Position numbers and translations under genes: made by a program. 64,000 bases of DNA from positions 70,398,320 through 70,462,319 of the forward strand of contig NC_083412.1 in the NCBI RefSeq assembly GCF_020745735.1, given 5' to 3'. Within the stretch, counting starts at the first letter, position 1. The number at the start of each line of letters is the position of its first letter. Origin of the DNA: Hemiscyllium ocellatum. Taxonomy: Eukaryota. This document shows positions 37,406 to 49,434 of the stretch, in pieces. The notes under the pieces are model-generated. The model was not told the origin of the DNA. It saw only the letters and a program-made list of their open reading frames with translations, and ran no database searches.

Positions 37406-38644
37406 ATGGACTGGCAGTATGCTGTGGTTTGCAAATATTTAAACAGAATGCAATATCAAGTCATCAACTGTTCTTCATTTGTTAAAGAATATTGAGATTT
37501 GATGCAAAATGGATAGTCCACAACATTAATCGGCAAGAAATTTCTTGTAAAAACTTTGCAAGAATCACGGTGAACAAACTCAACATGACAAGTTGTTCTA
37601 TTGCTTAAAATTTCAGTATCCTGCAGCTGCAAATCTCAGCTCATTGGCAGGTCTGCCATCATAAACTTGCCTTAAAGATTAGCTTTGGAAAATGAGTTCA
37701 TTTGACTGAGAACTGGTGTTTTCCCAATTAGCACTTGATAGAAATTCAATAAACAGGAGTTTTTCCAGGCTTTTTTAAAAATTATATCTAAGAAATAAAC
37801 ACTAGACATGGCAAACGCTATTGGAAAAGGAAGTAATAGTTAAAACAGGCAAAGGAGAAATAGGAGTAATGCTGTTTCTGCATGATTACACATCATTCTC
37901 GTACCAAGGTAATAGGCTTCTAATCCATTTATACACTCGTGCTCCTTGGAGTTCATTGGTGAATTTGTTTTAATCTCCAAGTTTTACTATGGTGTAAAAG
38001 TGCTTACTTCTGGTACAGGAATTTGAATCCAGTTCATATACAGTTCTAATGGATGGACATAAAGTTCATCACATAAAATAAGTCACCCTTACTGATTGTG
38101 GTTACTCTCAACCTTATTTTTCTGTCCTAAATAAGGTTGCTCCTACAGATTTGGTTCGCGATGGAACAGTAACTTTGTGCTGCATTGAGAACATAACTAC
38201 TCAAGTCAAAACCTACTGCTCCCATATTATTTAATCAGCAAAAGCATTATGTTCTACTAATCTTGTCCCTCACACCTGGTTCTGTATGACACCTGCATCT
38301 TTTCGATCAGAGTCATGAACGAGAAGTTGGTGCTTTCTTCAGACTGTAGATGGGGCAAGGTGTAAAGCCCCTTATCACCGAGCCAGCTGATATCAGTTAA
38401 CTCAGCATACACCTGAAACTTTGTCAGACATTCAGTAATGGGAACAATGTACTTTGCTCACCTTGCATGTGTTTTATAAAAGTGTATTCTGTATAATTTT
38501 GATTTGTATGTTGGCTCTTCTAACCAACTTCACATTTTGAAGGATAAAGTAAAATATTGCAAAATTAGAATAATTGTAGATTGATTCCTGATTAAAAGGT
38601 TTCCAAAAGAGACAGAGAGCCTGGGATTTAGTAATACTAACATC

Positions 38645-39305
38645 ATCAGGACTTATAGTATTAATGGTAGTGGGTAGGGTTCTAAAACAGACCTAGGAGT
38701 TCAGGTACATAATTCTTTGAATTTTGCATCACAGGTAGACAGGATGGTTAAGAAGATGTTTAGTATGCTTGCCTTCATTGCTCAGATGTGAGCATAGGAG
38801 TAGTGTACAGAACAGTGGTGAGGCCACTTCTGGAGTAGTGGATGCAGTTCTGGTCACCCTGTTATTGGAAGGATATTATTGAACCGCTGAAGGTTCAGAA
38901 AAGATTTACCAGATGTTACTGGGAATAGAAGGTTTGAGTCACAAGAAGAGGCTGGATCAGCTGGAACTTTTTCGCTGGAACATAGCAGATTGAGGAGTGA
39001 CCTTATAGAGGTTTATAAAATCACAACAGATATAGATACTGTGAAAGGCAGGTGTCTGTTCCCAAGCGCAGGGAATTTCAAGACAAAGGGTCTTTAAGGT
39101 GAGAGGAGAAAGATTTTTTTAAAAAAAGCAATGGTTTGTGTGTGGAATGAACTGCCAGAGGAAGTAGCAAATGAAGGTACAGTTACAACATTTAAGACAT
39201 TTGGATAATTATATAAGAAGTGTTTGGACGAATGTAGGCCAAGCACAGTCGAGTGGGACTAGTTTAGTTTCGGAGAATGGTCAACATGGACTGGTTGGAC
39301 TAGAT
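38645..39305 (+). mobile_element. CR1 3' fragment
   Basis: Homologous to 21690-22300. Confidence 0.85.
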
Positions 39306-41074
39306 AGTCATAGTCATTCAGCACAGAAACAGACTAAGAACTCCCACTAAAGGTTGATAAAGGATGGAAACAATTTTTCTCACACTTAGAGGCATCATTT
39401 CTTAAAACATTTAGCGCTTAAATAAATATTTAAGAATTGATGTGGTTACAGTTTGAATCTATCATTTTTGACCACAGCACACACCTTTAAAGAGGTATAG
39501 TCTTTGTTTGTATGTCTAACTTTTTTCCTGGAGATGTTGAGCTATACATTCAAATGTTAAATTTGTCACATGTAAATTTGTTTAGTGTCATTGAATGACA
39601 AACTTGCAGTCACATGGTGCTGTCAGCATATGAACCAATCAAAATGCTATCTCAGTGGTGTAATCAGACAATAGTGATGCCATTCAGAGATCAACATATC
39701 AAGTAGATTTTGAGAGGGTATTGGGTTAGGCCGAGGAAGGAATTTTGTAGCATAGCAGGTCAACCACTGAAAGCACAGTTGCTCGTGGTAGGGCCACTTT
39801 GTTTTATCATTTAACCAATTTCTTAATCCAGTGGATCAATTCAATTTTAAGATCACTGGATTTTAAATATTTTCCAAGCTTTTAAAGCGACAACAGAATT
39901 GTAAAAGTTTACAATGGCTTCATCAACTCCACTGACAGATTTTCTGTTGGCATTATTGGGGATTGTGGAGAGTCACAGGTAGTCTTACAAGTTAAGACTT
40001 ATCTAGTGTAATTATTTTAGTTTGGATTCTGAGAAGGGACACGTAGCTTTTTTAAAAAAAATTAACTGTTTAAGTAAAATTTACTAACTTGAACAAAGGA
40101 AAGAGGCAGTAACAGGGAAGTGTGGTTTCCTACGTAGCCATTTTTATTATACAGGTCAGTCACCAACAGTGTTCACATTCAATAGTATCTCATGATCATT
40201 TGGTTCAAGTTACTGAACAAATAGCTATGATTTTAGAATTGTTTTTTCTAAATTCACATTGTGTTAAATAAAAACAAATTTAGTTGGAAGCAATGTTTCT
40301 TCCTAGAACATAGAACAGTACAAGCCCTTCGGCCCACAATGTTGGGCCGAGTATTTATCTTAATCCAAGATCAACCTAATCTACCCATTCCTCAATATAC
40401 TCCCATCCATGTGCTTGTCCAGCAGTTGCTTAAAAGTCACTTATGTCTTCGACTCTACTACCACCACTGGCAGTGGTTGTCTTTAAGTTATAAATCAGGA
40501 GCCAAACCCAGAACTAGCCCTTATTCAATTACAATTACATGCTGCATCTACTGATGTGTCATTTTAATGCCTTTTTCCTTTCCTTAGCAAGCACAGATAT
40601 GGGAGGAAATCAATTTTCCATTTACAGAATAGGAACATTGCTGACAAGACAAAAACTTATTCATCTTGTTTCCATTACCTATTTGCCCCTTAGAGGTTTC
40701 TTGGATTATAACTGTCAGTGTTGTGATGTTGATTCCTTAATGCATTTAGTTTGTGCCTGAGTCAAAATTCTGATGCACCCAAAGATCTGATGATAGATCT
40801 AATTCAGATGGTATATTTCCACACACCTGTTCCCCTTGTCCTTCTCTGGTGAAAGTTTCAGACTTGGGGAATGCTGCTGAAGATGCCCGAGTAACTTATT
40901 GTTCTAATTACTTTACAGTGGGAATGTAGTACATTGAGGAGTGGAACAGCAGAACCAAGTCCAAGCTACTCTTGAAATAATATCCATTATCCAGAAACAT
41001 GGTGTATAGTAACCACGTGCATGAATCATGGTATTTTCACCTTCCTCCATCAGAAATGGAGACCAATTATTTCT

Positions 41075-41530
41075 TAGTCATAGAATCAGATATTTCAGTC
41101 CAACCACTGATCCCAAACTAAACTAGTTCCACATGCTTTTGCTGGCCCTTATCCTTCCAAACATTTCCTAATCATGTACTAATCCAATTGTCTTTTAAAC
41201 ATTGGAACTGTACCTGCCACTTCATTTCCACACACAAACCAAAAAAAAAGTTTCTTACCTTAACAGTATGCCAGGTCTTGAACTTCCTACCAGAGGGAAA
41301 AAGACACTTGCCATTCACCTTATTTATGCCCCTCATTGTTAGAAATCTCTTAAGGTTTAAATCTCCTCAGCCACCTATGCTCCAGTGAAAAAAATCCCAG
41401 CCTATCCTTATAATTCAAACCAGCAACATCCTGGTAATTTTTTTTTTGAACCCTCTCTAGCTTAAATGAGATCATTTCTATAACTACATGATCAGAATTG
41501 GAACTACTCCAAGAAGTGGCCTCAACGTGC
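41075..41530 (-). mobile_element. CR1 3' fragment
   Basis: KLERVQK..YKDRLGFFSLEHR in ORF 41350-41535. Confidence 0.75.
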
Positions 41531-42400
41531 GACATTACTACAAAATTAACACTTAATGGATTTTATATCATAAAAGAATCATGAGATCCTAGTGTCATCA
41601 TCTTTTGCAGGTAGGTGTTGGGATGTTATGTTGAACTAATCAGTCAAAACAGAGATGAGGTTGGTTTAGTTTTATTCCAGTCAAAATTAAGCTACAACAT
41701 AAAAGACAATAAATGTAATTTATTGACCATTCTAAATAAACTGTCCAGTTGGTCAGAATTATTGTGGTCTATGACATTATTTAGATACTTTTTTTTCCTC
41801 AAAGTGGTCTAATGTGTATTACGCCACGCCACTGACAGACTATAAAAGTTCAGAACAAAAAATTCTCGAAGTTCACACGAAACCAAACTGTAACAATCCG
41901 GTGGCGGCTAACTGAACACAGTTAGTGGCACTCGAACACCTGGTTGTATTTCGAAAGGACAGTTAAGAATCCGTTGAACACACACGCAAGTGGCAAAATG
42001 GAAAGCTTTAATTTCGTTGTAGAGGGGCAAGTGTTGAAAGATACTGAAAATTCGAGGTTTTACAGCAATTCCCCCCTACTACCCCGGCTCCTGTATATAG
42101 GAACAGGTCAAAGATATCAACATGAACAATCGAGTGACCAGAAAGAACTCTACAAAAATCACGTCTCCCTATTGTACTTTCACTGTAAAAGTAAAAGTCT
42201 TCATTGGATAGTTTGGAGTTAGTCTGGGCACGTGTTTACAACTTTGCTTTAAAGATGCCACGCAATCAACTGCTAGATAGCCCATAATATAGTCGAGAAA
42301 ACAACAATAGAGAAACACGTTTCTCTTTAGAGTGCTTGGTATTCATGATTTCAAGTTACCAAATATTGTTGATGTATTTGACAAAATTCGGGAAACAACT

Positions 42401-43432
42401 CTACATCTTTCCTTGTTTTCTATAGTTTTTCTTACTTAAACTTCTTGTAAGAATTGGCGATCGAATGATGCGATTCGTTTTCTGCATATTTGAAACTTTC
42501 TTCAAGTGCTTGAAAATGGAGTGAAAGCAGGTCATCGGTGCCAAGTGAGGTTTTTCAGTGCCGGCGGAAACCTGCGCGCAGCCCATCCTCAGGGAGGGGA
42601 CAGGCTTGTCCAGAGGTTTGGCACTCAGTAACCAATTACGGCAGTGCTTTTCAATCCAATCGCGACCAATTTGCCCGACGTTTTGGTGATCTGCATCATG
42701 AACGGAATTTATGAAGGCCACAGCATATACTTTACTCATGACATCTCGACGTTCATTTAGGAGATTAACAAATATCAACCCGCCATAGCCATGCGCTATA
42801 AAAGCTACACTGTTATCCGGACACTTTGATATAAACTGGTCCCAAATGTAGATGGTGTACGCTTCTGCACTTTCAACACCCCCCATTACTATCTGTTCAA
42901 GCTTTAATCCGCTTTCATCGGAATCAGGTTGCTTTTTCTTTTCAGCGTCATCGTCTTGGTTAACAGCTATGAAGTCATTAGAATTTAACACGATTACTTC
43001 ATACCGCTCACTCAAAGCTTTCTTGATAAAAGGGATTTGAGTGCCGGTGTCCAGGCAATCGTGTAGAATCAATTGCTGGGACCAGCTCCCAGCCCTGATC
43101 ACTCCACGGTCTTGCATCAGAACAATCAATTTGGAAGGATTGCTCAAAGCCCTTTCACTTATGAAGCAGAAACTTCTACCGACATTAACGGGAATATAGA
43201 CTCGTTTCAGCCGACATTCTTTCTCCAAGAGTTCGTAGACATACTCGGCCAAAGTTGTTCCAAAGGCTTTGTACCATTGGTGGTTCCAGTTGGTTGCATT
43301 ACTATGCTGTTTAAAGACAAACGGCTCGTTTGTTTCAGTATGCCTCAGCTGTCCTTTTTCATTGAAATAGTATTTGAACTTTTTCAATTTTTCAGCACTT
43401 TCTAATTGCTGATGAATCGTTGGTTCTTCCAT
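42401..43432 (-). CDS. FAM172B: FAM172B / ARB2A-like protein, intronless, 343 aa from ATG
   Basis: YYFNEKGQLRH, GVIRAGSWSQQLILHDCLDTGTQIPFIKKA, AHGYGG and CAQVSAGT match FAM172/Arb2-domain motifs; position next to TRMT10C fits the FAM172B locus. Confidence 0.88.
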   Translation of the reverse strand: MEEPTIHQQLESAEKLKKFKYYFNEKGQLRHTETNEPFVFKQHSNATNWNHQWYKAFGTTLAEYVYELLEKECRLKRVYIPVNVGRSFCFISERALSNPSKLIVLMQDRGVIRAGSWSQQLILHDCLDTGTQIPFIKKALSERYEVIVLNSNDFIAVNQDDDAEKKKQPDSDESGLKLEQIVMGGVESAEAYTIYIWDQFISKCPDNSVAFIAHGYGGLIFVNLLNERRDVMSKVYAVAFINSVHDADHQNVGQIGRDWIEKHCRNWLLSAKPLDKPVPSLRMGCAQVSAGTEKPHLAPMTCFHSIFKHLKKVSNMQKTNRIIRSPILTRSLSKKNYRKQGKM

Positions 43433-43543
43433 TTTCTTAAACAAATTCAACCTAGTTTTTCGAATTACCCAATAATTCAGTAGTTAATCTACATTAAACA
43501 AAATATACTGTTAACTTCTACAATCCGGATCAGTTTCGGGGTG

Positions 43544-43589
43544 ATATATACCGTGGCCCATTTGCTTACATCATTGGTTTAGCAATTGG
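43544..43589 (-). promoter_or_regulatory. Candidate TATA plus two CCAAT boxes upstream of FAM172B
   Basis: Minus strand reads CCAAT (43589-43585), CCAAT (43577-43573), TATATAT (43550-43544), about 110 bp before the ATG. Confidence 0.45.
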
Positions 43590-44921
43590 TTAATTAGTTA
43601 CTGAAAATGTGACGGTTTTAGAGTTCTTCAATAGCTACTAAGTGAAAGTGTATTTGAGTTTAGATAAGTCACCAATTAAGTTTTTACTTAAATGAATATA
43701 TTAACTTGTCCTCCTTTCAAAGATTTCAGACTCAGGTGTTGCCATTTATTCAATTCTTCAGGAGCAAATTAAATGCAAAATTAAGGACATTTTGATTCAG
43801 CACTCATTAATGCTACTTAAACAATTAGTCAAATAATAAATTCAGCTGAACTTAAATAGATTTTTTTAACTTAATGTCTGTCTGCTGAGTATTAATATAA
43901 ATTTAAGGGTGTAGTAATAGTGTCCTTACTCCCAGACTAAAATATGTAGGTTCAAATCTTGTATGCCTTGGAGTTTGTAGGTTGCTTTATTAAAAAAACA
44001 AAACTGAGCACTTACTTGCTCCCCTCTTTTTCTACTGTTTCTACTAATTTCTATCTGAAAATTCATTTTGTATTGAAATTTGAGAGTAAAGCATCTAATT
44101 TTGATGAATTACATTATATGTAATAACTAGTCCATTATAACTATTAACATTTTTGTCAATCACATTACCCTTTTAGATGTCTAAAGCAATGGGGTTATTA
44201 GAGTTGCTTTTGCCCAACTAAAAGATCAAAATCCCCAAGCCATTAAATGAATTCCTGGGCCATGGGAGCTGTGTGAACTTTGTCAGATTGTTGAGCTCAT
44301 TTAAAAAATGATTCCTTACCACTGCACGGTTTGTTGTGTGAGCAATCCGGTAGATTTACTATCCACTTTTCTGGTCAGGATCAACAGACTCTGCTTGGTC
44401 TAATACAGCAGAAGAAAATTGCTTTCTAGTCTAACACGAAGAGATCATTATCTTAAACAAGATATTCATCTTATGGTTATTAATTACATATTACACTGAT
44501 GTAATATTCATTGTTACAGGGACAATGAGGAAGATAAAGATGGCAATTATTCCTCTTCAAAGATCTGAAGATCATCTATCTATATGACATTGTACTAACA
44601 ATGAAATAGGAGCGGAAGTAGACCATTTGGCCTCTATAGTTTGCTGTGATTCAATAAGATCATGGATGACCTGTTTGTGTCTTGAATTCAGAATTTTAAA
44701 TGGGGAGAGTATTCTGGGAATTTGACCCAGTGACAGTGAAGAAATGGTGACTTATTTCCAAATCAGATGAGGAGTGTCTTGGGGGGTTACTTGCAGGATG
44801 TCATGTTCCCAAATCTACTGTCCTTATCCTTCTGGATGGTAGTGGTTATGAATTTGGAAGGTGGTGTTTAACAAGCATTCCTGAATTTCTGCAGTGTATC
44901 TTATTGGTATATTGTTCTAAT

Positions 44922-45060
44922 AGATGAAAGTGAGGACTGCAGATGCTGGAGATTAGAGTCGAGAGTGTAGTATTGGAAAAGCACAGCAGGTTAGGCAGCA
45001 TCCGAGGAGCAGCAGAACTGACATTTCGAACAAAAGTCCTTTATCAGGAAGCCTTTCATC
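44922..45060 (-). mobile_element. Single-arm PLE-terminus element with 13-bp TSD
   Basis: Homologous to 30683-30810; ATATTGTTCTAAT (44909-44921) and ATATTGTCCTAAT (45061-45073). Confidence 0.8.
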
Positions 45061-46272
45061 ATATTGTCCTAATCCTGAGTGTCAGTGGTGGAGGGAATAA
45101 ACATTTGTGGATGTGATGCCAATCAAGTTTTGTTCTGGAGAATGTCAATTCAAGCAATGTATTTTTAAAAAAAGTTATCAGTCTCTATGCTTGAATGGTG
45201 GGATTATCCTATGAAGAGAGATTGGGCAAACTGGGCTGGTATTCTTTTAAGTTTCAAAGAATGATGGGGATCTTATTGAAATTCACAAAATACTTAAAAG
45301 ATGTTGTGGCTGTATGGGAATTAGTTAGGCCACTTTGGAATACTGCATTCAATTTTGGTCATCCCTGCTACTGTAAGGATGTTGTGAAACTTGAAAGGTT
45401 TCAGAAAAGATTTAGAAGGATGTTGCCAGGGTTGGAGGGTTTGGGTTGTAGGGAAAAGCTGAATAGACTGGGGCCATTTTCTCTGGAGCGTCTGAGGCTG
45501 AGGGGTGACCTTTATAAAGGTTTGTAAAATCATGAAGGGCATGGATATGGTAAATAGTCAAGGTCTTTTCCCTGGGGTAGGGGTGTCCAAAACTAGAGGG
45601 CATGGGTTTAAAGTGAGAGGGGAAAGATTTAAAAGCTATCTAAGAGGTTTTCATGTAGAGAGTGGTGAATGTATGGCATGAGCTGCCAGAGGAAGTGATG
45701 GAGGCTGGTACAATTACAACATTTAAAAAGCATCTAGATGGATATGTGACAGGAAGGGTTTCGAGGATATGGGCCAAATGATGGCAAATGGGATGTTTAG
45801 GAATCTAGTCAGCATGTACAAGCTGGACCGAAGGGTCTGTTTCCATGTTGTATATCTCTATGACTCTATGAATATATAAGGTAGGTGCAGGTAAGGTTTT
45901 TTCCTGGTGCTGAGTTTTGAACAAGGGTGCACCATTTAAAAATAAGGGGAATGCCATTTAGGAATGAGGTGAGAAGTTATTTTACTCAAAATGAGGTGAA
46001 TCTTTGGAAATTTCTATCACAACACTATGATGGTTCAATCTTTGAGTATATTTAAAGTAGAAATTGCTCTATGTTTATCAATGGCATGAAAGGTTATATG
46101 GACAGGTGTGGCTAAAAGGCAATGGTTGGTTCAATCAGCTGTGATAGTGAACAAGCTTGATCATAGAATCCCTACCCTGGAAAGAGGCCATTTGGTCGAT
46201 GAGTCTGCACTGACCCTCCAACCACCCTATCTCCCTAACTCTGTATTTCCCATGGCTAATCCATCTAGCTGT

Positions 46273-46499
46273 AGTAAAAAGTGAGGTCTGCAGATGCTGG
46301 AGATCAGAGCTGAAAATGTGTTGCTGGTTAAAGCACAGCAGGTCAGGCAGCATCCAAGGAACAGGAAATTCGACGTTTCGGGCCAGAGCCCTTCATCAGG
46401 AATACCTGATGAAGGGCTCTGGCCCGAAACATCGAATTTCCTGTTCCTTGGATGCTGCCTGACCTGCTGTGCTTTAACCAGCAACACATTTTCAGCTCT
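46273..46499. mobile_element. Young PLE-derived palindromic element with 15-bp TSD
   Basis: Arms 46306-46400 / 46405-46499 (95 bp, one mismatch), AATA spacer; TSD AATCCATCTAGC(T/C)GT at 46258-46272 and 46500-46514. Confidence 0.9.
46368..46403 (-). ncRNA. Minimal type I hammerhead ribozyme motif (intact core)
   Basis: AUUC-CUGAUGA-A-GGGC(UCUG)GCCC-GAAAC-GUC-GAAU: helix I AUUC/GAAU, 4-bp helix II, palindromic ACGU in place of helix III. Confidence 0.75.
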
Positions 46500-46759
46500 A
46501 ATCCATCTAGCCGTCACATTCCCAGACACTACGGGTAATTTACCATGGCCAATCCACCTAAAGTGAACATCTTTGGACTGGGGGGGGGGAGCCAGAGTAC
46601 CCGGTGGAAATCTTTGTGACACTGGGAGAACATGCAAACTTGACAAAGCTGAATCTGAATCCTGGTGTTTTGAAGCAGCAGTGTGAATCACTGAGCCACC
46701 ATGCCTCTCTGAGCTCCCTGATGGGCTGAATGGCCTACCCATTCCTATCTTACTTGCAG

Positions 46760-48400
46760 TATGTTTCCTAACCCTGGCTTCTAACCTGTTCTTATTGCCA
46801 CAGTATGTATATGGTTAGTTCATGTCAATGATAGCTCCAAGGATATTGATAGTAGGAGATTCAGTGATAATAATGCTATTGAATGTCAAGGGATAGTAGT
46901 TATATTACCTGTTATTGGAGATAGTCATTGCCTAGCACTTGTGGACACAAATGTTACTTGTCAGCCCAAACTTGGCTATTGTCCAGGCCTTGCTGCATTT
47001 GGATGACTTCAGTATTTGAGGAGTGATGAATGATGCTAAATGTTGTGCAATCATTCGTGAACATCCCCAATTCTAATTTCTTAGAAGGAAGGTAATTGAA
47101 GCAGCTGAAGATGGTGGGCCTAGGAGACTATTCTAAGGAACTCTTGCAGAAATGACCTGGAGCTGAGAGATTGATCTCTAACAACTACGAGCATTCTTCT
47201 TTATGCTAGGTATGACTCCAGCCAGCAAATATTTTTTCCCCGATTCCTATTGACTCTAATTTTGCTGGGGTTCCTTGATGCCACATTCAGACAAATGTGT
47301 CGCTGGTATCAAGGGCAGTCACTGTCACATCACTTCTGAAATTCAGCACTTTTCTACATGTTTGATCCAAGATTGTAATGAAGTCAGGAGCTGACTGACC
47401 CTGACAGAATTCAATCTGAAGTAAATGCTTCTGATGATGCCCTTGATAACACTTTCTATCGCTTTACTCGTGATTGTATAGACTGAAGGGGTGAGAATAT
47501 TTTTTGTACAGTACAAAACTGAGACAGTTTTTTGCATTTTTGGGTATGTGCCAGTATTGGATATAGGCATGACTAGTTCTGGAGCTCACATCTTCAGTAT
47601 GCTTGCCAGAACGTTGACAGGACTTATTGCCTTTACAGTATGAGTGCATTAGAACCATTTCTTGATATCACTTGGAATAAATTGAGTTGCCTGAAGACTG
47701 GCATCTTTTGGAGGAGGCCAAGTTCAATTATCCACTTGGCATTTCTGGCTGAAGATTGCTGTAGCTGTATCTTTTGTACCGATGTACTGGGCTCCTTCAT
47801 CATTGAGGATGGGGATATTTGTGCACTCCCCTCCACAGAGTCCACCACCATTCAGAACTGGATGTGACAGGATTTAAGAGGTTAAATCTGCTCTGTTTGG
47901 TTGTAAAACTGCTTATCACTTGTTACCTATAATGTTTGGAGGTATTCCTGTTTTGTGGCTTCACCTGGTATCTAAGTTTTTGGTATGTCTAATGTTCCTC
48001 TTGGTATGTCCTCTGCACACTTCATTGGACCAGACTTGATGGTAATGGTAGAGTTGAAGATGTGCTGGGCCATGAAGTTGCTGTTTGTGTCAGTACAACT
48101 CGACTGCTGTTGGCTCACGGATGTCAATTCTGTGTTGCTTGATCTGTTTTGAAGTTCATTTATCAGTGGTACTGCCACACATGATAGGGGGCATCCTCAT
48201 TGTGAAGATGGGACTATCTGTGGTAAGCAAATTGGTAAGAATGAAGTCAGTTATGATTTTTCTCTTTTGCTGGCTCCTTCACCACCTCCTGCCAAACCCA
48301 TTCGAGCAGCCAAGTTCTTTTGGACCATTACCTTCCTCTTTTGATTTTATTAAGAGTAGCATATCAGTAGATTACATGTGGTTTAGCTCGTGCTAACCAC
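46760..48400 (-). mobile_element. Old decayed LINE
   Basis: Similar to 7870-8700, 9060-10450 and 2030-2250 (for example GAAGATGGT.GG, AAGGGCAGTCA, TTCTGGAGC.CA motifs). Confidence 0.55.
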
Positions 48401-48539
48401 ACAAATGTTCATGGAATACAGACGTTAGTTTGTGATACTTATATAAAAGAGAAGCATAACGGATACATGTACTTTTTAATAGTTTTTTAAAAATTACGTA
48501 GTTATTTTATTTAAAAAGAGGGACTGCAGTAAAACTGCA

Positions 48540-49087
48540 GGCAATGGCATGTTTCTGTCCGGACTGCATACTGTTCACCCTTCATCGTGAAGGCGGAGAG
48601 AAACTTGTTTTTCCCCAACATTTTGTCTACCAACTTGGAGGGACTTAATCTTTTTTGGGGGGAGTCTTAATCTTTGCTCCTCCCCTTCCGGCGTGATGAA
48701 GATTCCTTCCTTCCTGAGAGAGAGAGTGAGTGAGTGAGTGAGGGTTGATTGTTGGTCTTTTTGGCGTTGCTTCATTTTCAGTGACGGAGGGCTGGCTGGG
48801 GGGGCCGCACGGCCTAGGCCTGGCTCTGGGCCTGACTGTAGGCCGCGGGCCGGTTGTAGTCAGGTCGGTGCTGACCTGTCCTGGGGCCTGCTCTCTCTCT
48901 CTCTCTGTGTCTCAGTGTACCCGCGGCCTGTGGATGTTTGCTCTGACCGTTACCGAGTTTCCTGCCCGATGACGGATTGAAAGCAGTGAGCCCGCTCTGT
49001 GTGTGCTTTCGTTTTCTTTCTCTTGAATTTTTTATAAAATTTCGCCTGATAATTCCCCCGTCTAGATCCCAGCCGCTTGCTCTTCAG
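48540..49087 (+). promoter_or_regulatory. CpG-island promoter and non-coding first exon of a + strand gene (probably SENP7)
   Basis: GC/CpG-rich block ending in a consensus donor CAG|GTGAGT at 49087/49088. Confidence 0.65.
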
Positions 49088-49434
49088 GTGAGTGCGGATC
49101 CCCTGCTTGTTGTTGATCATTTTTTTTGGATCAAGTTCAGGTGTTGTTGCTAGTTGACTGTCAACTGTATTTTGTTTTGGTTTATTTTCTTGTTATGCGA
49201 ATGTAAATCTTTCATGTGGTGGGTTAAGCATCCGTTTCTGCAAATCCATAAAATATAACCTACGCAATCTTTAGTAACACGTAAACCTCCGATTTCTGCA
49301 AATTTATCAAATACATCAGCTCTTCATCCTTAACGCTTAAACCTCTGATTTTCATTCACTCACTCGTAAATCAGCATTACCTTGTTGGAAAAAGAGATGC
49401 AAAGTTTTTTTTGAATTAGGAAATTCACACTTGT

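Larger units (their letters stand above)
45170..46750 (+). mobile_element. CR1 3' fragment hosting a second CR1 (~45301-45869) and a minus-strand SINE (~46161-46705)
   Basis: LSYEERLGKL peptide is interrupted at 45300 and resumes at ~45870; tail GATGGGCTGAATGGCCTAC at ~46720. Confidence 0.75.

Noticed and set aside
46227-46742. Two opposite-strand ORFs sharing an identical peptide
   Set aside because: Artefact of the DNA palindrome; not protein-coding.
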